Shown: positions 27,503-41,908 of the stretch, piece after piece | How the letters are laid out: each line of letters starts with the position of its first letter | Position numbering within the stretch: position 1 is the stretch's first letter | NCBI RefSeq assembly: GCF_009914755.1 | Contig: NC_060930.1 | From: the human T2T-CHM13v2.0 reference genome, Homo sapiens | Direction: 5' to 3' (one strand) | DNA length: 64,000 nt | Translations under genes and position numbers: made by a program | Notes under the pieces: generated by a model | Database searches by the model: none | What the model saw: the letters and a program-made list of their open reading frames with translations, nothing else | Told to the model about the DNA's origin: nothing

Positions 27503-29039
27503 ATATCTTATTGTGGCTTTGATTTGCATTTATCTAATGATTTGCAATGTTGAGCATTTTTTCATATATTTGTTGGCCATATATACGTCTTTTGAGAAGT
27601 GTCTGTTCATGTTGTTTGCCCATTTTTTAATGGGGTTGTTTTCTTCTTTGTTGAATTATGAAAGTTCCCTATAGATTGCAGATATTAGATCTTTGTGAGA
27701 TGCATAGTTTGCAAAATTTGTCCCATTCTATAGGTTGCCTATTTACTCTTTTGATAGTTTATTTTGCTGTGCAGAAGCTCTTCAGTTTAATTAGGTCACA
27801 CTTAACAATTTTTGTTTTTGTTTCAATTGCTTTCAGGGACTTACATAAGTTATTTACCAAGGCCAATATCCAGAATTGTATTTCCTATGTTTTCTTCTAG
27901 ACTTTTTATAGTTTTATGTCTTATATTTTGTCTTTATCCATCTTGAGTTAATTTTTGTGTATTATGTAAGGAAGAAGTCCAGTTTCAATCTTCTGCATAA
28001 CAGTTTTATTGGTATTTGTTTTCTAATAATTGTAGTTACCACATCCCAATAGTTTATTGTAGTATGCTTTAAACAAACTGAGAGAACAAGGAATAGAGGT
28101 GAGAACTAATGAAAAATAGAGGTAAGAATTATAATCTCTGTGTAACAATGTAGAGTAAATCTTGGCAGATACATAATTTTACATCAGGAAACTAATATCT
28201 AACTTGTATATTAGTAAAATTACTTTTGATAATTTACACTTTTTTCAACAAAATAGCTTATTTTTCTGGTTATATGAATAATACATACACATTATGAAAT
28301 GGTAAGTAATTATATATATATATATATAAAAGTACAGGAAAGAGCATAAGTTATCTGATATCTCACATTTGCACTGAGCTAAATACCATTATTATTTTGT
28401 GACTAATCTTTCATAAATTTCAGTTGATTCTTTACTTTGGAGTTTTTTCTATTAGGAGATAATGTGAAGCACAATAAATATATTGCAAACATATAAATAA
28501 TACTTAATGTTCCAAAATGATTTACTATACAATTTCTATAGAACATGATTTATTTAATCTTTGGGGATCTAAAATGCATTTTTTACTGGATACAATAAAA
28601 GGAGCGTTTTATTTTGTCTTGTGTTCTACAAAACAAGTTCTTATTAACAAGCAGTATGAACTGGAAAATTTATGCAAAAAGGAATTTGTTGGAAAAATAT
28701 TTGGGGCAGAGAGGTGCTAGAGACAAGACGCTGAATTGACAGAAAACTGGAGGATCAGGCTTGGAACTAAGCAGGACTGGGCATCTAAAATACACATAGG
28801 CATTAAGAATCCCAGCAAGTGTCTCCCTGTCTGAAAGCCTAGAGGGGAGGTTGAAGGAAGGGGAGGGGGACAATTGCCAACCAATCATTCTCAGACTTGC
28901 AGTAACTGCTTGAGATCCAAATACCTGGAAAAGAGCTCCAGATTAATCTTCCATGATGGAAGATGGCCTGTTGAATTACCATCCTAGAAAGTCTACACAC
29001 AGTAAGGAATAGTTATTTACCCACTAGGAAATGAGATAC

Positions 29040-29508
29040 TGTGTCCGGAATTTACTCCTTCTGGTGGGTTCTTGGTCTCACTGACTTCAAGAATGAAGCT
29101 GCAGACCTCACAGTGACTGTTACAGCTCTTAAAGGTAGTGCAGACCCAAAGAGCGAGCAGCAGCAAGATTTATTATGAAGAGCGAAAGAACAAATCTTCC
29201 ACAGCATGGAAGGGGACCCAAGCTGGTTGCTGCTGCTGGTTCGGGTGGCCAGCTTTTATTCCCTTATTTGGCCCCACCCATGTCCTGCTGATTGGTCCAT
29301 TTTACAGAGCACTGATTGTTGCATTTACAATCCTTTCGCTAGACACAGAGCGCTGATTGCTGCGTTTTTACAGAGTGCTGATTGGTGCATTTTCAATCCT
29401 TTAGCTAGACACAGAGTATTGATTGGTGCATTTACAATCCTCTAGCTAGACAGAAAAGTTCTTTAAGTCCCCACTCGAACCAGGAAGTCTAGCTGGCTTC
29501 ACCTCTCA
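29040..29508 (-). mobile_element. LTR12-family (ERV9) solo LTR
   Basis: tgtgtccggaattt...ctgacttcaagaatgaagc...repeated gctgattggtgcatttacaatcc units...cacctctca; perfect TSD ATAC. Confidence 0.95.
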
Positions 29509-30840
29509 ATACAATCAGGAAGAGATAACAGATTCTGCACAACTAAAAAATGTCAAATCGCCTTAGCAATGCCCAACAAATATTTGTTTTCTATATCTCC
29601 TTTTGTGACTTCATAAGAAACCATGCATTTAATAATTTTGATAACATTGGATTTTAACATAAATGACATGACACTCATATTTTTTTTAGTAAAAAATAAA
29701 AAATTATAGACACAAAATGTAAAACAACTTTTATGAAACTTAGCCCAAGTCTAAGAGTATGAATACTGACTTTATTTCATGCAAGGACCTAGCTCAGGAA
29801 GTTTCTCAACTCTTGGTTACATTCATTTTTGCTTTCTTAGTCACTTAATTCTCTACCTTGCTCTATTACCAACTGCTTAAATACTCCGTAACCCTCCTGT
29901 TACTATTGAATCTTCTCTTTCCTATGTTTTATTTGAATTATTTGTTTTCTGCAAAAGTCATACTTTAGTAATTGCTTTTGAGTTTCAGTCTCTATATGTC
30001 TCCTAACTGTCAAGACAAAAAGACACCTGAATAAAACAATGACAAAAAAAATAAAAAATATTTTGGAAGGTAACTGAGGAATATTTATCCTTGATAAGTC
30101 CTCCCAAATATAAATGCTGCTTTTTAAACAATGACTCTGTTGTACAATTTAAATCCCCCTAGGTCATGACTCAATTTGTCTCTAAGACCTTTCCTCTCAT
30201 AGAATTTTCTGAAAGGTGGAGATAATTGTAGAAAGCTCTACCCTTCATCCAAATGTTTATTTCAGATAAGTTCCTCTCTGAAAAAGGGAGAGAATACACT
30301 TTCTCTCTATTCCAAAAAAACAAAAATGTCTGCTTTCCTCCAAAGTATATACTTTCCTTGAGCATTCAGGTACAGACCATGCCAGTGCCCAGCAAATTCT
30401 TATAAACAAAAATCTCACCAAAGTTCTCTGGTTTTTCCTTGTATATTAGGATTCCCCCAGTCTGTGCCACTAGCACAGATGAATTGAGCCCTGGAAATCC
30501 ATGACTTAGTAACACACATGCCTCCCCTTCTAAGTGCTACAGAATTTCTTTTTTGATGGAACCTCTCATACCTTAAAGGAATTATAAAATGTTATTAAAT
30601 GTTTATTTATCTCCTCTGATTCAAGCAGAGAAAGACATTGATGACATTAAACCTGGCCTCAGAAGCATCTAGCAGAAATATTAGCTTCTGTGGATATATC
30701 TTTATTTTTAAACCCTGAATTGGGAAGAGATGTTGGAGTAGGAGTTTAATATCTATCCTACTGTCTGTGGAGATGAGATTTTGAAACTACTCTCATACAG
30801 AAACATTGTGACTATTACACCTTGCTTGGGCTTAAACTGA

Positions 30841-30900
30841 CACAGATACAGACACACACGGAACACACCAACACACACACAAACACACACACACACAAAC
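30841..30900. repeat. Imperfect (CA)n microsatellite
   Basis: Interrupted CA runs. Confidence 0.7.
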
Positions 30901-31149
30901 TCTATCAGGAATAGACATAGGAGTCAAACATATGGAGATCAAAATAGCAGCTTTATTATTTATAAAGCTGAGTTGGAGAACACCGTAGCTGTGTTCAAAA
31001 ACAGACTTACTAACATGCTGTCTATAAATCTAGACCTTAGGACACCATATCCAAGAGAGTTCAAAAGATAGATAGATCAGACACATTTGCAAAATTATTC
31101 AATGCTTCATCCCCACTAGCCCTGATATTGTAGCCTTGCTACTAAATGT

Positions 31150-31720
31150 TGCCTGTCATTAAGCAGCATGAACATCAACTTCTGACCCCAACTAAGACCT
31201 CCTGAATCAGAGCCTGTGTGTCAGCAAAGTCCATGGGGGATATGAATATACATTAAAGTGTGAGAAGTGCTGCTCCAGATGGTGAGAGATGGGCTTCCAG
31301 TGTTTCCCAAATATTCTCAGGACCCTTCTTTGGAGATTCTGAAACAGCAAGATGGGTCTTGAAAATCTGCATTTTAAAAATCACTCCAGATCATTGTTAT
31401 TATCTTGGGAGTTTGGAAAGAATAAATTGGTGCTTCTGAAATGTTAATGGTATACAAACCACCTCAGGGTTTTGTTAAAAAGTAGGTCCTGATTCAATAG
31501 GTCTAGGATCAGCCCTGATATTCTAATTTCTTCTTTTCCTGTAATTGCAGTCTCAATATGTTGCACAGCCTGGTCTCGAACTCGTGGCCTCAAGTGATCC
31601 TTCTGCCTCAGTCTTCTCAGTTGTTTGGGATTGCAGGCATGAGCCACTATGCCCAGCACTCTGAGATTCTGATTTCTAAGAAACTTACAGATGATAATAT
31701 TGATGCTCATCCACCAACTG
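31150..31720. mobile_element. Cluster of MER5-type hAT DNA transposon remnants
   Basis: agacctcctgaatcagagc, acattaaagtgtgagaagtgctg, aatctgcattttaa, ctgattcaataggtctagg. Confidence 0.6.
31532..31658 (-). mobile_element. FLAM (free left Alu monomer)
   Basis: Monomer ending ggcatgagccactatgcccagc; TSD ccctgatattctaatttct/ctctgagattctgatttct. Confidence 0.85.
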
Positions 31721-32503
31721 TGTTTTGACAGGTGGGGATACTCACTACTATACTAACGAGGAAGACAAATCACATTTCATATAGAGTTATGCTTCTTCCC
31801 TAGCAGCAGGAGCCCAGCAAACCTTTTATATAGATTGTGGGCAGGCCCAAGAGAGCTAGGGACAAGGTAGAACCACACATGCTCAGCAAAATATCCTCTA
31901 CTGAATACATGCTTCACTTCTGCTCCGCAAATGAACAGGTCAACAGGGCTCAGGAGAGGGGCAGAACTTATCTTCCCAATACTGTTACCACTTGGGGAGT
32001 GAAATGGAAACACTTTAGAAATATAAGGCTTAGGAGAACAGGGTTCTGGACTCCCAGGCCCAACAACTCACTGATGTTACTGGTCTCTCAGGGGACAAGG
32101 CAAACAGTGAGATAGGCACCTTGAGGGCCGCCTCCAGCACCAACCTACTGCTCACTGCTGGTGAGCATTGCCCTTTGCCTCAACATGCTTCTGGAACCAG
32201 ACCAGAGCAGTTCACGAGTCAAATAGGTCCAACCACGCAGGAGGCTCAGCCTCCTCCCCAACTCATTTTTCATCTTAAATTAGACTCAGCCACTTTGCAA
32301 ACACAGCTCACCCAAGGTAATGTATTGAGTCTATATATTATTGTAAATATACAATAGTAAAAATACCCACAAATACAATAATAGCAATAGCAATATGTCC
32401 CAAATTTGAATATTAACCTTCCATCCTTTAATTTTTAGAGAAAAATTAAAATCCAAAGATTAACTCACTTTTCCTCATAAAGATCAAAGTAAATTCTGAA
32501 TTA

Positions 32504-32843
<340 letters not shown>

Positions 32844-33852
32844 ACACAATTTTCCCTAACTTCTTGAGCCCCATCACTTTAGACCCACTGAATTGAAACC
32901 TCTGAGGACTGAGCCAGAAAATTTGCATTTTGAACAAGTCCTGTGAGGATGGTGAAATTTTGGGCTGGGAACCACACTAGAAATACTGCATTAGAGGGAG
33001 CCAAAATGGTTTACCTAACAAAACTTGAGAGCCTTTCTTTTAAGGCAAAACAAACAAAAGCAGAAGCTATGCTTTTAGTGACATGAGGATTTACTGGAAC
33101 TAAGAGCTTTCCCTTTCTTAATGACCTAATTCCTCCCTCAACCATGCTGCTTCCTTCAGTCAGCAGCAAAGCCCCATTCATGGCACCCAGGCCTGTGCTG
33201 AACGAAAAATAAATCCATCACCAATGAACAATGGCTTCCACTTCTGTAACTGGAAAAAGTTGATCTAAATCAAATGCATTAAACTTTTTAGTTTAGTTGC
33301 TAAGTGAATGCTTGGGTCCATTTCAAAAGGTTATCTAGCTCATGCACCTTCTTCTGGGTTTTACAGATGCTAATAAATCAGACCTCTATTCATATATATG
33401 ATTTGAAATCACATGGGAAACAATAATTTTTAATACTGATGTGACAAAGCTGGAATAGAAAATGCAATCTAGATTCATAGGGAAAATAGGATTTCTAACA
33501 CACACACATACCTCTTCCCAAATCCACTGGAGGTAGAATCTTCCTCATATCTGTTGAGCATCAAGGGCTGGAACAAAAAGAAAGCTACGCTCCTACCCTG
33601 CCTCTACATGGCCCTGGAACATTCCCCTAGGGTCACTGATTAGAGCCCATCAGAACAGGAGCAAAAGAAGGTTACTACCTTGTACATGTGGATAAATGGG
33701 AGAGCAGTGCCTTTCTCTCAATATCAATTAAATGAGCAAATTATTCATTTGCCCAAGAGAAGAGTAAAGAAGTCAGATTACTTTCTCCATATCTCCTCCC
33801 CTCCTAGGAAGGTTAGTGAAAATTCTTTCATGGAAATAGGAGGAAAGAGTAG

Positions 33853-34161
<309 letters not shown>

Positions 34162-34695
34162 CTAACACTTCTCAAGAAGCAAGAGAGGGTTAGAGGGATG
34201 TGTGTATTTTTAAACCAGAGCAGCAATTAGTCCCCTTGGTTTGATTACATTTTAGTGACTCATGTATTTTGTTAATTGATTTAACCCTAAAACAAAGACA
34301 TGGGGTTTATTAATCTGTTTTGAAAAAAAGTAAGGCTTTATTTTCATCTTAATGAGCCAGTCTTTTGTCCATAACCCCTCTTAAGCTCAGTTTGTAGCCA
34401 CCCAGCAATGCCACATATTAGAGAGGGAGCGTTAGCCATCACTAAGCCAAACATGACCCATTCTTCACTCTTGAACATAATTGGTTCAAGGGTTGGTGTC
34501 TTGTTCAAGCTGGATGAAGTTTGCTCCCCATAAAAACTGAAAATTAAAACTTGATATCAGACTTAATCTGGTTCTAATCTTCAAAGGGAGGTGTTAGTCA
34601 CCATATTACAACAGGAAAATTTGATCTGTATTGAGAAAGAATAAAGTAGACACAGAGATGAGTAGATGGAGAAGGCATTCCAGATCTTTATCTAA

Positions 34696-35435
34696 TGTCA
34701 ACTGAAGAATCACAAGGTTCATCAATTTGAAATGGAAAGCTTTATTTCTCATAAAGGGTTGCAACCTGCAGTCTGGCCATTTCATAGGCTGGGAATCATA
34801 GCATCTGGCAGAAGCCGAGATTAAACACCTGAAGGAAGGGGTAAATTCCCTCCTTCAAGAAGGAAGGAGAATTTATGCTGAGCATGGTGGCCAAATATAC
34901 ATATTTAATAGACTATAGGAGAAATCATGAATATTTATAAAAGGAGAAACATGCACACCTACATCTGAGATTCATGCCCTTTCATGGGTGGCATGTTCAA
35001 AACATGGCAGCGTTAGCATAATCTAAGGGCAGAGTTTGGGGCACACTAATGTTGAAAGGTGAAGCAGAGGACATGAAAACCCTCAGTGCGCAACTGCGCA
35101 TCCTCCACAGACTGGCCAGAAGCACTCTGTTTTTCGTGGTCTCTTACCAGGAAGGAAAACGCTGGTCAGTTGCTCTATGGAGACAAAAATGGGGTGCAGC
35201 AATCTGGCAGTTGGCTGAAATCAGCGGTAGCGTGAGTCTTTCAAAAGGACTGTGTTTTTAACCCTTAGGCAAGAAAGCCTGATGTCAGTGAGCAAGGGAC
35301 AAAGTGTGATGAGGTGTGTTAACCTCTCGACCTGTGAGGCTGGAAACTCAGTCTTAAGGTTTCTCTGGGGTCCCTTGGCCAAGAGAGGGTTTATGCAGTC
35401 AGTTAGGAGACTTCGGATTTTATTTTTATTTCTCA
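34696..35435 (-). mobile_element. ERV1 solo LTR (LTR26-like)
   Basis: TG...CA termini (tgtcaactgaagaat...atttctca) with perfect TSD CTAA; appears inserted in an older MLT1-like LTR. Confidence 0.8.
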
Positions 35436-35849
35436 CTAATTTTTTTCTGAGATCTGGGTGCATCCTTGCTCTTGGTTTTCATGTAACACCTATAACATTT
35501 ACCTTAAATAAGCCAGTTTCTCTTACTTGAAATAATAAGAACACCCCGATACACCTACTTTCAAATGCTTCCGCCTCTGCGTCCTCCTGTTTCCCAAGCT
35601 TCTCCAAGCACATGTGCATAAGCTGCTTGATATCCCTATGTGATTATGACGTCTCTCTCCCTTACTGTCACTCTATTGCTTCTGGTTCATTATTTGTTTC
35701 TTTTTAAAATAAGGCAGAGGTTATAATAATTTCTTAAAGGATTTATTTTTTCATCGCAATTCTTTTTAAGATAATACATAATGCAGAAAAATGTTAGACA
35801 AAAATACATGATATTTTATTATGTTCAATTCAGTCAGCCCTCACATATG

Positions 35850-36480
35850 AAAAATAGGCTCTGTTCTAGAAATTGGAAAGATAAAAGGGAAATTGCAATC
35901 GAATTGTGAGGACAAGTGGATACAAAATATAGGCAAACTAACAAGCATAGTACAACAGAATGAATATTATAAATAAACTTTGAACACAACGCTACCACAA
36001 AGTAGAAAAGAGAATGCCGAATTCTACTTTGAGAGACTGAATAAGACATCACTGAGGAGGTTAAATTTGTTCTAGGGCTTGAAGTGGAGGTAATTGTATA
36101 AATACAGTTACAAATCATGGAACGTGCATAACTCATTAAAGAAATGCTGGCTGCACCTAATGCTAAATAGTTGGACTGAAGCCAACTTGTTAAAGTCCCT
36201 AGTAGTGTGATGATTTCACATTCCTGAGGCAAGGAGAAGGCATTAAAGGTTCTAAAAGACAGGAATAATACCATCATACCTATGTTTTAGAAAAATAACT
36301 CCCAGAGGAATGTGAAACGTGATTATTTACGTGTGCTATTCAGAGAAGCGACTTTAGTTTAAAGGCTTTTGTAGTAATCATGGTAAAAGATAAGTCTCAC
36401 CTAAGTTTAGAGGGATTAAGGTGAAAGATGGATCAAGAAACATTTTGGAGGTTGAATTGGGAGACTGATTTATAAGACCC
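35850..36480 (-). mobile_element. L2 fragment
   Basis: catcactgaggaggttaaatttg; ctatgttttagaaaaataactc; purine-rich antisense L2 pattern. Confidence 0.55.
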
Positions 36481-36883
36481 ACTGATTAGAAAGGCATTGG
36501 TGTCTAGAGGAAGAGAGGGCTCAAAAAATATATAGTGGTACCATCAGAACAAACAAGGTCACATTCCCCCGTATGAAGGCGTGCTTTTAGCAGATCTGCC
36601 ACTCTTAGCAGGATAAAGATGTCGATAGAAACAGACATGGAGATAGAGAGATAGATGGTATACATACAAATGTAGATACAGATATAGACATAGAGGAAGA
36701 CAAAGATATAGTTGTTATTGCATAACACTTTGATAAAGCACTGAAAATTTCGGCAAATGGCTTAGGTACCAATATTTTTCACCAACTGCAGAAATTTCTA
36801 CCTGAACTTAAGCAATTCATTCCTGTGACTAGACTTATATGTATCTGTTTGGAAGCATACCTATAATGCAAGGTAGTGGGTAA

Positions 36884-37042
36884 AATAAATAGATATATAA
36901 GAATATATATATAAATAATATATAAATATATGAGTATATACATATGAATAAATATATAAATATATATAAGAATATATATGATAAATAAAAATATATATTT
37001 GTCTATATATAGGGAAATATATATATATATATATATATATAT
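36884..37042. repeat. (TA)n / AT-rich low-complexity tract
   Basis: Degenerate TA repeats ending in a pure (AT)n run. Confidence 0.85.
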
Positions 37043-37929
37043 GGAACATATCTTGTAAACAATCTAATAGAAATACAGGCTTTTGTTAGTTGAAATTATT
37101 TTACTTGGAACACTTAGGTCTCAAAATACTACAAACATAAAGGGAAAGGCTTGACTTTCCTATAGTCGTTTAACAGGCATAGTACCTGTAATTACTGAAA
37201 TGTTACCTCTAAAGTTTTCATAAGGAAATGTAGTCACATATTTCCTCAACATATTTAAGGCAAGTGGAAAAATAAAAATATATGGAAATTATATTGTATA
37301 GTAAATACACTGTTCATCAGAGCAAATTTACAGACTACTGTTAATCTGTGGCATTTATGCTGATTTCCCCTTCATTAAAATTAATGAAGCAAACTGTCTT
37401 TTCTGTGTAGGAGGCAAACACAAAATAAGTTATATTTTCTGACCTTGAAAGTACCAAACAAGTTTGGTAAGTCTCCTAGGAGTATCAGTACAGGCCTCAT
37501 GCTCTTCTGCTGTTTAAGATTAATTGTATCATGTGATTTCCTCAAAGTAGCCTTATGAAAAGGAAACACTGCATTTTCATCTTTCTGTTTTATAGAGAGG
37601 GCAAAAAATCCTTATATCCCCATGAATAAATAGTTTATCTTCTTCATGTTTTATTTCTTTTAATTATGGAGAAATTTGATTTTTATCTAATACAACTAAT
37701 ATAAAGTGTTATGAAATCTAAGATTGTACTTTGGTATTCAGAAGAACTGGAGTTAGAACACTGTGTAATTTAGTTGGTTTTTGAAAATGTCTGTTCGCAT
37801 CAGCTATAACCAAAGAATAATAATGGTTTCCAAGGGTTGACTTGAGGACTAAATTTAAAAAGTGTGTGTCAGTCCAGTATAGAACAATGATGTTGGACCA
37901 ATTACATAACCTGTTGAGATCTGAAATTT

Positions 37930-38850
<921 letters not shown>

Positions 38851-40419
38851 GAAAATGAAGATAGAAGACAGCTAAAGTTAGGAGAAAACGGAAGATTTAA
38901 GCACCGGAAGATTGATATTGAAAGCCAAGTGTACAGAGTGAAACAGGGAAACCATGGAAACTAGAGGAGGTTGTCTTCAGAGAGCAGTTCTGATGCACTA
39001 CTTTGGTGGAGAAGTCATTTCAATTGATCAGAGGAGCTGGAGTGTGGCCCAAGGGAGCAAGTAGTTGAACAGAAGTTGAGGTGGTCATAGCTAGGATTTG
39101 GAAGCAAGCTGTAAGGTAGTATAAAGGTAGTAAAGTTGCCTGGAGTTGCTAGGGCATCTTGCTATCATTTCTTTCATACAATTTTCCCCATGCAGGTGTT
39201 TTGTTTTTGTTTGCTGGTGGTTAGTTGTCACGGCAAATTCTGAAATTCAGAACTGATTCAGATCATAATCCCAGTTAACAATAAATTGCTACTTGCTCCC
39301 AGTTTATATCTTTCCCATGAGAAGTGTGGGAGGAGAAGATGTTCCTCCAGAAAGCGTAATCAAGGTACTCCTGCGTCTCCTGTCTTCATGCCATCACTTT
39401 ATTTTAAAAGCTTCTAATTCTACAACATTAACCAACGAACAAAAATAAACACTTGTGAATCAAGTGTTTTTCAGATAAAGATAATCAAAGTAGTGGTGAA
39501 CCCAGGGAGTTAAGGCATTAGAAAGAGGAAAAGATTCTTTTTAATTAGAACTTGAGATCATCTAGCATCTCAGTGTTTTATTATTATGTTATACAGGTAT
39601 AACAAAAATAGAGCAATGTCTCATTAGCTGAACACAAATATATCTTATTACTGTATAGGAAAGTGATATTTAAAATCCAAAGCAAAGAGCCTGATTTATT
39701 TTTTCCTTTCCAAGAGAAAATGTCTACATGGTAAATACAAACTACTCGATTGAATATAATGGTATAAAACCATATATGTCAATATTATCCACATTTATAA
39801 CAGATTAAATAGAATAACTAGAATAAGCCCTAAATAGAGAATGGGAAAAATTGAGTCCTTCTCCTAGAAAAGGACAAAAAGCAAATGTATTCTAATCAAA
39901 GTGACTTTATATACCATTGCTCCTTAATGTGTTACTGCATTTTGGTATGAAATATTTCCAAAGAGTATACTTGTCAGAAAGTCATCTTATATCTTCAGGG
40001 GAGCAAATGATCCATGTCGTAAGTTAGAGTTAAGCGTTCATATATTTTTGTTACATAGTATGCACCATGCAACAAAAATATTTCTCCTCTGTAAGAACAT
40101 TTTCATCTGATCAATAAATATTTTGGATAAGGTACACCATGATAGGTACTGTTCTGGAAACCATCCATGAGGTAAGGATGGGGAATGGAGGTAAACTTAG
40201 TATTGACCCAACTCTAAAGGCTATCCCAGATGAAACAACCTATATATTTATGTGCTATTCCCAGAGGGTAACCAACACTAGACATAAATAAAAACTAAAT
40301 TGTTAGCCAAGCAAAGACGCTAAGCAAGGCAGATGCACAAAAATTAAAACAATTAAGGCAAAATCCCAAATAACCAGCATGAACCTGGTTATTTACATTT
40401 TGTTATAAATTGTGCCAAT

Positions 40420-41110
40420 CAGGATGAATCAAACTCATTGGAAAACTGCTAACCTTAACTCTCCTAAATTTAGAAGGTCATGGCTGGTTTATTGCATAAT
40501 TAGAGAGGTATCATTAATCTTAATAGCTTCTATTGCTTTTCTCTCTACCCAGAATATTCAAATCAGTTAGTCAGATAAAAGAAATGAGGATCTTGTCTTT
40601 CTCAGAGAAGTCTAGTCACACAAGGGAAACCAGTGCAATACCTTTGTGTTCTCAACTCCATAGCAGGAAACTGAAACATGCTTTACTTATGCAAGCTGCT
40701 CACGCAAGGCAGTATCCAGGCCACGAAGATTAGATTATTGTAACTCCCTGTTGGCTGACTTGTTCCATAAGGCCTTACATAAACTCCAGCTGGTGAAGGA
40801 CAATGCTGCCAGGTTCCCTCTGAAAAGGGCAGAATTAATCAAAATATATTCCTCCCTATCTGAAATCCCAATGTTAGCAATTGGTTAAAAAATAAAGTAG
40901 TGTCCTGATTTTCAAATTACTCTTTTAATTCAAGGAGTAATATCTGGCCCAACTCCAATGTGCTTTTTACAGTCTCTTAGCAATTTATGTTTCCTGGCCA
41001 GCTTCTGAATTCTGCTGAAGAAAATCTACTTCATGTCCCAAGACCATTTCAGGGCTTTATGGAACATGGGTATTTCTATAATCTTAACCATGTGGAGTTC
41101 TGCTTTGATT
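40420..41110 (+). mobile_element. Ancient L2-clade LINE ORF2 (RT C-terminal) fossil
   Basis: 40727+ translates RLDYCNSLLADLFHKALHKLQLVKDNAAR; 40993-41043 translates PGQLLNSAEENLLHVPR; both match L2-clade ORF2 motifs. Confidence 0.75.
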
Positions 41111-41600
41111 ACAATGCATTAGGTTTAAAATACATTGATTTAGATAAAACTTTATAGCAAGTATTCCTCAGAACAATATACAATGGTGTAATTGTATTTC
41201 TCATTACCCACAGGTAATTAGACATTTTCTTTACAGATTGGGACTTCAAATAATATTTCATCTATACATTCCAAGTCATTGAGCTAAAACCAATTACTTG
41301 GAGTGTATGGATCAAATATTCTTTAAAGAGGTATCAGTTAGCTAGCATGCAGAAGCATACACATGGGGACACATACACCCACAAGCTATTTATATTTCCA
41401 AGCTCTAAATGCAACAGAGAGTTATAGGAATTTTTGCAATCAAGTCTGCTCCCTTGGTGAGTAGCCAAATCAAACTTTACTAACTGAAAGCAAAACAAAT
41501 TAAAAATGGTATAAGAATTTTGGGTATATAACAATACAGCCAAGTGTGTAATGTTTATTAATCAGAGCTGAAGATATAGGTAAAAAACTTTGTAACACTT

Positions 41601-41908
41601 GGCTGGGCGCAGTGGCTCACACCTGTAATCCCAGCACTTTGGGAGGCCAAAGTGGACAGATCACTTGAGGTCAGGATTTCGTTGGAGACCAGCCTGGCCA
41701 ACATAGTTAAACTCTGTCTCCACTAAAAATACAAAAATTAGCCAGGCGTGGTGGTGGGCACTTTTAATGCCAGCTACTGGGGAGGCTGAGGAAGGAGAAT
41801 TGCTTGAACCCAGGAGGCAGAGTCTGCAATGAGCTAAGACCTTGCCACTACAGCGGAGCCTGGGCGACAGAAGGAGACTCTGTCTCAAAAAAAAAAGAAA
41901 GAAAAAAA
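41601..41908 (+). mobile_element. AluS
   Basis: ggctgggcgcagtggctcacacctgtaatcc..., A-rich tail. Confidence 0.95.

Larger units (their letters stand above)
24130..27997 (-). mobile_element. 5'-truncated L1PA15/16-like element, split by an ERV (pieces 24130-24844 and 27503-27997)
   Basis: Antisense 3'UTR gggggtacatgtgcaggttt...; L1 text gagatggta|tcttattgtgg resumes after the ERV. Confidence 0.9.

Noticed and set aside
29280-29450. Repeated ~40-bp units resembling a spaced array
   Set aside because: Normal internal CCAAT-containing repeats of LTR12, not CRISPR-like
31780-32320. GC-richer stretch with overlapping ORFs, possibly an old LTR or exon
   Set aside because: Could not assign a family, termini or splice structure from sequence alone
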